A DNA stretch of 64,000 nt from Haliotis cracherodii (taxonomy: Eukaryota). A model generated the notes under the pieces. That model saw only the letters and a program-made list of their open reading frames with translations. It was not told where the DNA came from and did no database searches. Shown piece after piece: positions 52,591-64,000 of the stretch. The position numbers were made by a program, and so were the translations under genes. Location: assembly GCF_022045235.1 (NCBI RefSeq), contig NW_027266297.1, forward strand, positions 10,292,001 through 10,356,000. Direction: 5' to 3'. The stretch's first letter is position 1. Every line of letters starts with the position of its first letter.

Positions 52591-53184
52591 TAGTGGAATA
52601 TAGAAAGGAACTGGAGTCTGTCCTTGTCGATGATCGCAAAACAAGACGTTCCTTCATCACGAATAACATCATACAGATTTAAAAAACAGCTGTAGGCCAA
52701 TGCTGTCAAACACTTTAGGCAGGCACCCAAGTATGGTCTTGTCTATCGTCACATCAGAAAGCCCTATTGCAGTTATAACATTTTTAGGTGAACCCATAAA
52801 TGAATGTCCGGATAAGCCAATCAGCTGTACGTATGACCCTCTGTACATCTGTATGTGTATAAAGTAGTAATTGTCCGGGGTTTGCAGATTAAAAGAGTCC
52901 GGACTAACGAGGTTTAACTGTAGTTATATACATAAAAGTAACTTTAATTGTTTAACGGTGCTGTACATATCATTATCCAATCTTTTATCACTTGTTTTAC
53001 TTTTCAAAATAAATTTTAATAATATTTGTACTGTTAGAACCATATATTCCAGGATCATCCGTTATCCAAAATGTATATAAATTTTCACCACCACATACAG
53101 GTGGAAACTTTGCTTTGTACATTTCCATATTATCAAATAAAAGAAACCAATATATAAATGTGTTTGAGTTCTGTTTCCTGTTTA

Positions 53185-53385
53185 AGGATTCCGGGTTAGA
53201 TTATGTCCCAGCAGACTATGTTGGTTGGAAGAGGCGACTTAAGGATCGGTTGTTCAATCTCGAGGACTTGGCTGATTGCGTGTCATCGTGCTTCAACGGT
53301 GTTCATAATATCAATCACTTGTTTGTCCGGCTGCAGTCATACAACTGGGATATTTTCAAGTGCGATGTTAAACAACAAATATAGA
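53185..53385 (+). mobile_element. Degenerate R1 copy
   Basis: ccgggttaga..gaagaggcgact..tcaatcact..gttaaacaacaaa. Confidence 0.6.
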
Positions 53386-53882
53386 AAAACAAAAAGCAGT
53401 GTTTATTTCGGGTTTCTTTTTCATTTTGGAATCACGAGCATTCACCCGATGAAGGAGTAATCATACACTCCGACACGTTGTGTTTCGTCATAAAAATGTA
53501 GTTAACATCCATACATTCTCTTCCTTATGAATAAATTATGTTAATTCTGGTTTTGGGTGTATTGCGACCGGATACATGCTCCTGGTCATAATGCGACTAT
53601 AAGGTCAGTAAAACTACTGATATGATTTGCATACGACGCTTGATTGATGCATTAACTGGTGACCATAGACGAATATCTTAGGTATGGTTTTAGAAATGTA
53701 ACTACTTTTGTTTGAAAACATATAGAAACCATTGAGTCACGTCTTTAGTCATCGAAATGTATAAGTTTTTTTCCTGAAAATTCCAGAGGAAAATCAATAT
53801 GGTTTCATCTAAGACAATGGGAACGCCAGAAACCTTTGATCTTGGATGATACACGTTCATATAACAACGTTAATGATAGATT

Positions 53883-54150
53883 GGGGGCACGGGTGGTCCA
53901 GTCGTATAAGGCGCCGAAATTCGCTGTGCAGAGTTGCGTCCCTTGGACACGCCAGAAACCTATGACTGTGGGTTCGAATCCCGGTTCGCCCCAATTAGGT
54001 TTCAATGTTTGTCAGGACCATACTCATGCTTGTGGGTTTCACCAAAGTGGTAAACTTGTAAGACCTGCGTCACTACGGGCTTCCCTTCCATATTAAGCGG
54101 ACACGCCCTGATATAACTGGAACGCTTTTGAATTCGGCGTAAACCCAAAT
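53883..54150 (+). mobile_element. R3 SINE copy
   Basis: Colinear with the 46075 copy. Confidence 0.8.
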
Positions 54151-57100
54151 CAAAGCAAGAGTGAACCCCTGCAAAATTATTACTAAAACCCAAGCGTTAA
54201 CGGACCAGCATAAAAAATGAAGACCGACAAAATCGAAATCTAAAACAATAAACGTAAAGAGCATATCAATGTCAATCATGGTATGAACAAATAAAAAAAG
54301 CATAAAGTACAAACAAAGTATGAAATACTAGTAAATACAAATACATATCAACATCTGCCTGAGAGATATCTAGGTTAGATGTTCTCGGAATAATAGCGAT
54401 ACAGTTGTCCACATCGAGGAGATACGTTTTTGAAAAAAATATATGCAATTACTGTATTTTGGAGCTTGTCCATGATTCCACACTCCTAAAAATGGGTTTA
54501 TCTTTTATCAGTTCTTGATGAAGATTGCAATTACCTTTAGCTTCCTTAAATACCACCTGCTTCATTACTCTGTTTAAAAAAAATGTTGTTTACCGTTAAC
54601 CTGAGGCGCTTTGGTATTCGTGTATTTCTTTCGTAATAAATAACGTCATTTTTAACGTACGAACTTACCCATGTTAATCTCAATGGCCATACGATGACGT
54701 GATTTGTTTTTTTCAGAATCACTACGTCAATGCATGGCGTGAATTATTTCCGTAGTATGTCACGGATCGTTTAAATATAAAGTTTTTAAAGATCAGAAAA
54801 ATGAATCTGAACTTGTGGCTTCAAATGGAATTTGCTTAAGAACCGGAAAGAGTGGGAAGACAATTACAAATGAGGTGGTGTGGGGAGCGCTACATGTGTG
54901 TTTTTGTTGCTGTTGTTGTATTTTATGGATTATAATTCTTCAAATTACGTTTACAAAATTACACATAAGCGTATTCGATCTAAATAAACCGCTAACAACA
55001 CACTTAAAACATAAAAGATTTTAAAGAATGTCCACACCTTGGTGACGCCTAAGGTGTAAAAAATACACCCAAGACGTGCCCTTAGGACGTACAGTGCAAT
55101 ACATCAATCACCCTGCAGTTGATAACGATCTTGATTGGGTGAAGGTACTAAAGTGCTATATAATCAATAATCAAACTTCCGTTTTCGTAAACATGTAACG
55201 TCTCCTTATTCGGGGTTTACTGTAAAAAAAATTATATTATATGGTACGCCATTTCAAAGACGTAATTCAAAATTAACATATAGTTTTTTATTTGTTTCAA
55301 CAAAGTCAGTAAATGCACCATCGTGTCACTGGTTTTTCTGGTCCAACCATCAATTGATTGGTTTGTTTACAGACCACCGTCACATGACAGTACTGTTGAA
55401 TTGCGTCAGGCAATAAATACAGTACCGACTTACATTACTCTCTTGCATTGACATTTTATGTTTTCAACAATATCATTTAAAAAAAGGAGTATTTATTGTC
55501 ATTAATCCAAAAATACTAAATCTGTATGAATGAACATGCAGGAAACATACATTGCTAGTCATCCTTGACGCGAGATGAAAGACAAGACATGCGGTTCAGA
55601 CACCTAGGCTGTTCTGGTACCGATGAATCTAGCCCGAGCCCGTGACGTATGCATTTAGAAAGTTGGTTGGATTAAGCGTACATATTAAGGAACGCTGCTT
55701 GTTCAGGGACAAGGAGACGGAGCGGGGAACACGGGTGCACGGGGGACACAGATAGGGGGCAGTACACTTTCAACCGTCTCCTTATCAAGCCTGACTGAAA
55801 CACTGTCCATTGCGCTGTTAGCCTCACTAACTCACTCTACATGAAGATATGCTATATATTTATATATCCATATTAATATGATGGAATCGATGCAAATGAA
55901 AATCTCAGGTCAACTAAACCACAAAAACTTCATATGACGTAGGTAAACAGAAGTAATATATTTCAAAAGACATACAAAATGAAACTGAAAAGTAAAAGTA
56001 ATTATATTAACTTTCCAGATCGATAAGTCTTTTAATTGTATACACAACGAACAACTTGTACAATGAGTGCGTTTAATGTCGTATAAAGCGTTTTGGGGTC
56101 CCAAAGTTAGTCACGCTTAAAATTGCAAATTATTTAAAACTGCCGCACACCTCACAGAGAATGAAAGAAACAGTCTTTTGTAAAATACAAAGAAATTTGA
56201 ATTTGAAGAATTTTAGAAACCTGAGGGATCCATTTTCAGAGCAATCAAACACCGGTATACTTGATAGATAGAGGTTTGGGTTATGTGCTTCTAAATAATA
56301 TTATACATAAAACATTAATTAAATTCTTTTGTCACTGTTAAAACTTGTTTAGAAATGGAGCAATAGTTAACTCATTTAAAACACCTGTACACTTAAAAAA
56401 GGAAAGCAAAGGAGTAAGGGGAACGACCATCCAAGAGCGACTCTCTACCCCCGGCAAATCGACCATAACCACCACAAGCCCTCCCCAAACGCCGATCATC
56501 AAATCGTTGGCACCTCGTGATCAGTGCATCTATTAACAAGAACCTGAATTTAGTGTTCAGTAGGTATATCCCAACAGTACCAAAAAGCAATACACACAAA
56601 TTGTACAGGATATATATAGGCAGTCTGAAGTGTCATGGCGATGGTTGACGCATGTACCCCGGGGCACCACAAACAGTAAGTTGTCGTGCAGCCGTGTAAC
56701 ATGCAACCTGACAGTGTCAATCACTGAATCAATCAATCAGCTTATTAATCTTTTAACGTCATCAATATGTACATCACATTGAAACTCTCATCATGGAGAA
56801 ACACCTCTGTCTAAATTATTAAAATCCATTGAAGACACCGATATCCCTAGTCTTACTCCTTGAAGTATATCAAGGGATTTCCTAAAGAAACGTCTATAAT
56901 CTGTCTCCCTTATCTGCCGAACCAGATTCCATTGGGTGTAAAAGGCAAAATGTCGGCGAAAATTATGTAAATGGATCACTGAAAATCAGTGACAACACCA
57001 GGTGTTCGCGAAAAGTGTAAGCATGTCCTGCTCTTCCGTAAGCACCAGGCACCCACACTATTTGCAAAAAAGTAAGTGTAAAAGAAACACAAATGTGGAT

Positions 57101-58054
57101 ATATATTAAAATTTTGAGAACTGTCTCCATTGATCCCACCTTATCTGTTAACTAGGGAACACAAGTGATCCAGTCTTCTAAAGCGCCACAATTCCTTGTG
57201 CAATTCCTTGTGCAATTCCTCAGAGTCCATTAGGCATCCAGAAACCTCAGATCGCTGGTTCGAATCCTAGTTGTTCGTCAGCACCATATCCATACTTTCC
57301 TCCCATTTAAAATCAAAGAATGTATACCTTTGTTGGACTTGACTTATGTGTGTAGTTGTTGTAATGATCGGGTACCCGACAATGAGAAACATTACGTTTA
57401 GGCTGTACTCTCATTGCTTTAGACGCATCCTAAGTATACGTGGGACATAACAGAGACATAGAATATTCCCTATTTCCACGGCAAATGGCACCAATCTGTT
57501 ACACGGATCGATACGAATCGAAGAGCAAGGGTAGATCTTTTTTTAAATAAACATGAACAACTCTGAAGAAATATTCCTTGTCTGTTTCATAAGAACTATG
57601 TACCTTGAAAGCTCGTTAAATTGAACTCCATCAACTCAATACGTCGTCAAAGACGTAGTAATTGCACGCCCCTGCACAATTCCTATTGGCAACTGGGTCT
57701 CGAACTACTATATGTATTGCTGCATTCTCATGACTTCGAGTTATCGAGGTATTGGCAAAGCTCCAACCTTCATGACTTCGAGTTGCAAACTTCATTTTAG
57801 GAGACAGACAATGCCAGTCTCATTGACGTTTTGTACATCACACTAGGTACTAACAAACTGAACTGTTCTGCGATGCAAGTATTTTCAGTTGCATTTGTTA
57901 GTTCTTTCGTTGTTTTACGCTGGCCCCTGTATGACGGTAGGTTGTAAATAACCGAGTCTGAACCAGACAATTCAGGAAATGACAACACGACCATCGATCC
58001 ACGCAATTGGGATAGGATACATCTACCAAGTCACAGAGTCTAACGAGATCCACT

Positions 58055-58400
58055 TTGTCGCATCTTCCACTGATTTACCCACCTGAACTAGAAATAAAGA
58101 TGACCAGTGAGACCGCCTCATCTGTTTCATTTTTAGATTTCTGCATAACGCTTAAGAGTGACAAAGCACTATCCACAAATCTGTATGACAAGAGGGATGA
58201 CTTCAACTTTCCAATAGTAAACTTTCCCATCATGTCCAGCATTATTCAATCAGCTCTAGCCTTTGGTGTTTACATTTCACACATTTTTAGATACAATCGA
58301 ATACGTCTCTTTCTGCCAAGATTTCAAGGAGCGTCATAAGACTCTTGCTCATAAGTTGTTCGATCAAGGTTGAGGTTAAAATAATAAGCATGCGTTTATG
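58055..58400 (+). mobile_element. Penelope-like RT fragment
   Basis: IYPPELEIKMTSETASSVSFLD..STNLYDKRDDFNFPIVNFP..AFGVYIS. Confidence 0.8.
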
Positions 58401-60362
58401 AAGCACTAGTAAATAGCGTATCCTGCCCTCCGGTGACACCCGACACAAACACATGCAATAGCAAGACAATTGTCCACCTGAAAAAAAAAACGGGGGACCA
58501 TTTGGCACAAGTCAAAATGGGGAATTGCGATGCACTTCACAACCCGTATTATGGACGATTCATGTTGGCATATTCATATGTATAAAAGATGGTCCAGTAC
58601 CGATACTACTTGAGAGTGGTTTGTTTATGCTTATAACACATGCTTTTGAAATAAACCAAACACAATTTATACGTTGTCAAGGATCTATTCCGAAACGTCG
58701 CCTTTTCAGTAAACAAAAAGTTGTTATCGAGAAATTGTGTCTACTTTGTCATCCGCCAACTTCAAAGTAATGCCTATCAAACACTTCAGCTTTTGAAACA
58801 GTTGGAATCGTACAATGGATTTTTAATATATTATATTACATTATAGTCATAGATTTTTTTTCGTCGCTTTTCATTCATATCAGTGGTCGTAATCTGATTG
58901 ATGTCCCACCGCCAAGTGACTCTCCGAAAGCCCTCTGATGGATTTGACACACTTGTGTAGGGTCAAGAGAGTATGTTAACATACACCCTATGGCGTGTAT
59001 TACGGGTAGATCAAACATATCCTTACCAAGTGCAATTAATCAACACTGACATCCCTTAGTCAACTTCTCACTAGCTTCCGGTCCTGTGAAAAAGGTTTTG
59101 AATATGGCCCGAAGACCCTCCAAAAATACCATTCATAAGATTAACCGCAAGTGTAAACTAGGATTAGCAAGAATGTCACGATCTTTAGTTGTAACAACAA
59201 TTGTAATAAAATTAATGTTAGATCTGAAAATATGTTAGTTTGTAATAAATCGCTGGCACTGATACATAAGTATTGAGCGAAAGTCGAAAGATATTTTTTC
59301 TAATTAAGTATTATGTTGCAAAAATAAATGCATGATTATAAGAAGAAAAAGTCAAACACTCTACTGTTATTACGTCGATGATCTCTTTCTAATATAATGG
59401 AATTCAGTTTGATTAAAGGAATTACATCTACCCTTAAAATAACACCTAGTGTTGTGGTGTTGTAGTGTTGCTCTAAAACAATGCCTTGTTTAGATTTTGC
59501 AGCAAATCAATGGTGAATAACAATGATAGAGAGTAAATCATACACTGTTTCATAATCGATGATTACTTTTTTGTGAATCCTCAGTTGAAATCGGAATAGT
59601 GTGTCCTATTTGGCCATTTGTATTCCGATTAATGCCAGTCTAACCCTAAAATACTGTTAGTTTAAAACCCTAATATTTTTATTTGGGACTAGGGGTGGGA
59701 TGGGGGTGGGGGGTGCGCACTTACAATTTCCACATACCATGATATATGACTGCAAATGATTCACAAATTAAAAGCCATTCACATTTGTCGAAAACATCAC
59801 CAAATTAAATAATTATATGCTTATACATGTTTGTTCTATCAAATGTAGTATCCTGCAAAATGCGGTAGTTGGTTTGAACGTTGCGTGGGGTGGGGGTGGC
59901 TGTAAGTTGAGGTGTTACTCTCAAACTCGCGAAATGTTATAAACTGACGCAAACAATTTTAGTATCATTCACCTAAAATCAGACCATCTCCCCTAATTAT
60001 CCACTACATATTTTGCGTTTAAGTGTGGCTTGAGGCTGTCTGTCATACTTGAAAAAAATTCAAAGGAATGCAGATTCCTGAAGCTATTATTACTGCCAAT
60101 TACAGAATGGTCAAATCGGAAGTTGACCAGGACCGTGTTGAACTCTGAATGGCACATAGGATAAGGAAGTGGCAAGGATGGTGTCGGTGTATGAATCAAT
60201 CACTCCACTCCTCAAGTGTGACGCTCTTCATAATCATATAAGAACATGCGACACCTATTGGCTAGGACTGCTACACTCCGCCTTTAGTTAATACCACCTT
60301 TAAAAGCAGTAACCATTTCGGAGTCGTCCATACCTTGAATCGGTCGTTTGTTTTAGTCAGAC

Positions 60363-62398
60363 ATGATCATGGCGTCCAAAAGTACCCTGGTTCTCGTCCT
60401 TGTTGGTGTGATGGGTAGGTTGATCTCTGCCCAGTGGGGTAACAACGGTTGGGGCAACTTTGGACAACAGCCTGGGTGGCCTCAACCCGGTGGTCAACCT
60501 GGCATTGGAGGTGGACTTGGAGTTGGAGGTGGACTTGGAGTTGGAGGTGGACTTGGAGTTGGAGGTGGAGTTGGAGGTGGAATGGGAAGTGGTCAAGGAT
60601 TCTGGGGAAACAACCAGAATACCCGTGAGTACATTTTCTTGACCATGCTATTGATCATTTACAGAAACAGAATTAGAAAGGTTATCGTTATGCTCTTAAT
60701 TGAGCATTTAATATCATAATGTTTTCAATTTACGTCATATTCAGTATTCCAAATTTGCCAATTAGACCACGGAGAGAATATGCAAACGTTAACGAAGCAA
60801 ATCTATCAAAATGACATCTAAAATGTGTGTAGTAGACATAGAAAGCAAACATAATCACCCCTTTGTCATAATTAAGCGTGTGATTGGTAGGAATGAAATT
60901 ATTGGAAACTATTACATTACTTTTCATATTTTCCAAGAGATTTTGTAAATTAAACATGGCTATGTTGCTATTTCAGTATTTACAATGTTTCTACTTTTTT
61001 ATGTTTTTCGTTGTGTATAGATAAGAATTATTCGAAAATGATATAGATTTGCCTCAAACAAACACAAAAAATGTATTTTTAAGCAACCATGTTTGTGTTG
61101 AATTAAATAAATCATAATAATTGCAAAGTATATTCTCGTAAATATACTTCGGATCTATGTTCAATATGCTGATATGGAATATTTCTTTCCAGAACGCTAT
61201 TTCACGTGTATAGGAAAAAATACAAATGGCGATGAGATGAGAGTGACCTTCACTCAAGCAGTATGTATATATTTATTGTTATTACAGAATTGGTGATTTT
61301 TTTTAGTATAGCCAAGACTGTTTGTTTGCTTGTGTTTACTGTTTACCAAACTCAGCAATATGATTGTGGCCTGTTAATTATCGAGCCTATACCAGAAAAA
61401 AACAGTGAGATTATGAAAAAAGCGAAAAAAACATCTTTCCCTGAGTAATGTTTTATGCCCTCTGGGTACGATGACGTGCAATCAGCTAAGTGACAGAGAC
61501 TGACCATCCGATTCACTGCTACCAGTATATTTAAACCCGGAATCCCCAGGGGGGTGGGAGGGGGGTGGGGGTGGTGGAATTGGGTATATTTTGTAAGAGG
61601 AAACCTGAGGTAAGATAAAGGATATACAGGAGAGGTAGAACTTTTCTGTCGCAATATATCTGTTAAGACGTCTTCACGGTTGTATATCATACACGTGTGT
61701 AGGATATTTCAAGTTGCCGACACAAAGGTTGAAATCACTATACGCATGGGGTTCTTGTTGAAAATACAGAGGTTTCTAATCATTAGGCAATGACATTTAC
61801 ATGTCATGTTAGGAAGATAGTTTGTGTGGAATAGACATACAGTAAAACCTCATTAATCAGAACAGTACATTTTATAGAGTAATTGTTCGGAGGATTGACA
61901 AATTTCCGGATAAACGAATCACTCTGCTGAAAATATATATAGTCGTTCCCAACAACATCGTCCAGAAGGTGGGGTTTCCATATTAACGGTGTCCGCACTG
62001 AAGCGGTTTCACTGTATTCAAATGTGAGTCCTTTTCTTAGAAAATGATTACACCGTGGTCTAGTAGATAGAACGCCTGCCCGAAAAGCGGAATGTAGGTG
62101 GTTCCGTCCCCTGGTCGAGTCACACTAAAAGATGTGAAAAGATGGTTGTTTCCCTCCTTGGCGTTCGGCATAAAGGTGCGACATGTTGTTGTTGGGCGTT
62201 GTTATTCATCCCCCCCCCCCCCCCCCCCCCTCCAAAGCCAGGATATGGTTGGATCAGCTCTGTGGCCGATCTTACAGCACAGTGATACTGACATACGATC
62301 CACCGTAGGCATAGAGTTACTTGTGATAGAAAAAACGCCCAAGTCACTTTAGCAGAACTCTGGCGCAGTGATCGTGAGTATGTCCCCTCCCTCCCCCC

Positions 62399-62429
<31 letters not shown>

Positions 62430-63861
62430 GCCCATACACCCGTGAACGAGATCTTTATCCTCATTTCGCCTCACCTCGACTACAGATTTATCATTTTGAA
62501 CTAACCACACTGGGAAATTACGGCATACAGTTTTCCCTACAGTTCGTTACATTTAACATATGGATAAAGGTGATTTAATGCATAAATATATCATTGCAGG
62601 ATCAGCAAGAGAGATGGCAAATCAACCGTTGGTTCAACCCCCAACGCATTCAGATGGATGCTGTGGTCCGCGTGTCTGGTCAGTCTCAGACCGCTGGACA
62701 GTTCCAGTTGGTGGTCACCCGCTACGGTCGTGTGGAGGATGGTTGTTCAAGCCAAGCTCTGGGCAGAATCGTGGATAACTTCCAAGGAGTGAACTTCTTC
62801 CAGCCAAGAGAGTCTAATTCCCAGTAAGTCCTTATAGATTTCCCCATTCCCATCATTTGTTTGCTAAGAAATAATTCACAAAAACACAGATCACCCAGTT
62901 CATCGGCATGAAGTAGGTGAAGGTGAGGTGAAATTTGGTTTAACTTCGCGTCCGGACTGATGCCGATTTATAGTGCTAGCTCACTGAGATACCATGCCGC
63001 AGTTTAACATGAATACCCCACTCAGACACAGGATACTGACTCCGAGCAAACCAGTCCTTGTTTAAGCCCTTAATGACGGGCGATAGGCAGGTTAAGGACA
63101 AGTACAAACTTTTAACGTCTTTTTGTATGACGCGGCTGGAGATCGAACGCTCTCGGGGCAGACGCTCTACCATTAGACCACGGATGCTTTTGCTCGTATT
63201 GGCCAAGGGGCCAAGTCTTCTAGGATGCCGGAAATCGCTGTGCAGAGTTACGTCCCGTAGGCGTACCAGAAGCCTGTGAATTCGAATCCCCGTCTGAGAC
63301 TTGCATCACTTTTCGCTATCCTCCCACATTAAAATGAAACACCGTGCTATAACTGAAATACTGTTCAAAGCGGCGTTAAACCCAAGTCAATTTACTGTCA
63401 AGCAGGCACGCCGTGGGGATTCTGGAGCAGATTACTATATACGCGTAAGCCTGCTCTTGAGGACATTGATGGTTACAATGTCAAACAGATTCTAAATAAC
63501 AGTGGACATTATATGAATAGATGCCTGAAAATCAGTGATGACACCAGGTGTTCGTTAAAAGGGTAAGCTTCTGATGTTGTAAAAGTACGGTTGAATCATC
63601 CCGTAAAAATAAACCTTAAATATTACATCCTATAACCGAAATCACATATTTGTTAATTCTATACATATCATGCTCAATTATCAGTGTTGAGTAGATGGTG
63701 GATTTGTGATATTTGATGATTTCATGCATTTTACCAAATCATCTTACAGAACTGGAGTGCTTGGATCGCCTTTCGTGCTCAGACCCAACCAAGGTCATAC
63801 ATCAAGCGGAATAGTGCGTGGCTTTGAGGCACTGGAAGAACTGAATGGACGTGGTCTTGCT
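60363..63861 (+). CDS. Gene D (3'-incomplete): secreted Gly/Val/Leu-rich protein with the same SOD-like C-domain; exon 5 lies beyond the window
   Basis: Exons 60363-60624, 61193-61260 (QRYFTCIGKNTNGDEMRVTFTQA), 62600-62823 (..GQFQLVVTRYGRVEDGCSSQALGRI..), 63750-63861 (TGVLGS..LEELNGRGLA). GT-AG, phases 1-0-2-0. Signal (MI)MASKSTLVLVLVGVMGRLISA, then GGGLGV repeats. Confidence 0.87.
61838..62016. mobile_element. MITE with TA-flanked TIRs in gene D intron 2
   Basis: tacagtaaaacctc ... gcggtttcactgta. Confidence 0.6.
62052..62350 (+). mobile_element. tRNA-derived SINE (family R4)
   Basis: ccgtggtctagtagatagaacgcctgcc..ggtcgagtcacactaaaagatg; related to the minus-strand copy at 62940-63185. Confidence 0.55.
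62940..63185 (-). mobile_element. tRNA-derived SINE (family R4-like)
   Basis: Minus strand ccgtggtctaatggtagagcgtctgcc..gttcgatctccagccgcgtcatacaaaaagacgtt. Confidence 0.6.
63205..63390 (+). mobile_element. Degenerate R3 SINE
   Basis: tcgctgtgcagagttacgtccc..ttcgaatccc..aaatactgttcaaagcggcgttaaac. Confidence 0.6.
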
Positions 63862-63892
63862 GTAGGTTTTATTTACGACCCATTCTGTCAGT

Positions 63893-63985
63893 ATGAGTGA
63901 GTGAGTGAGTTTAACGCCGCTTTGAGTGAGTATGGTTTTACGCCGCTTTAAGCAATATTCCAGCAATATCACGGCACATGTCCCC
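63893..63985 (-). mobile_element. SINE 3' tails (R2-type)
   Basis: (gagt)n ttaacgccgcttt..gcaatattccagcaatatcacggc. Confidence 0.6.
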
Positions 63986-64000
63986 ACGCCCGACGCCGCT

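Overview
AT-rich, intron-containing animal genomic DNA. The SINE and Penelope repeat content looks like a gastropod mollusc, probably abalone (Haliotis); this is inference from recalled repeat sequences. The main content, which the ORF track only shows in fragments, is a cluster of eight paralogous 5-exon genes that I spliced by hand from GT-AG sites, all with intron phases 1-0-2-0. Five are near-identical tandem copies on the minus strand (A1-A5, about 7.2-7.7 kb period). Three are divergent plus-strand paralogs (B, C, D; D runs off the window). Each encodes a signal peptide, a Gln-initiated, nearly uncharged Gly-rich low-complexity domain (exon 1), and a 6-Cys C-terminal domain (exons 2-5). 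By eye, that domain aligns with the extracellular Cu/Zn superoxide dismutase fold but lacks every Cu/Zn ligand and the catalytic Arg. The low-complexity chemistry differs by paralog class: G/Q/W, G/M, G/F/P/N and G/V/L. This looks like a family of secreted structural or self-assembling proteins built on a dead SOD scaffold. The rest of the window is SINEs, decayed Penelope, LINE, Tc1 and mariner fragments, MITEs, a Helentron-type element and minisatellites.
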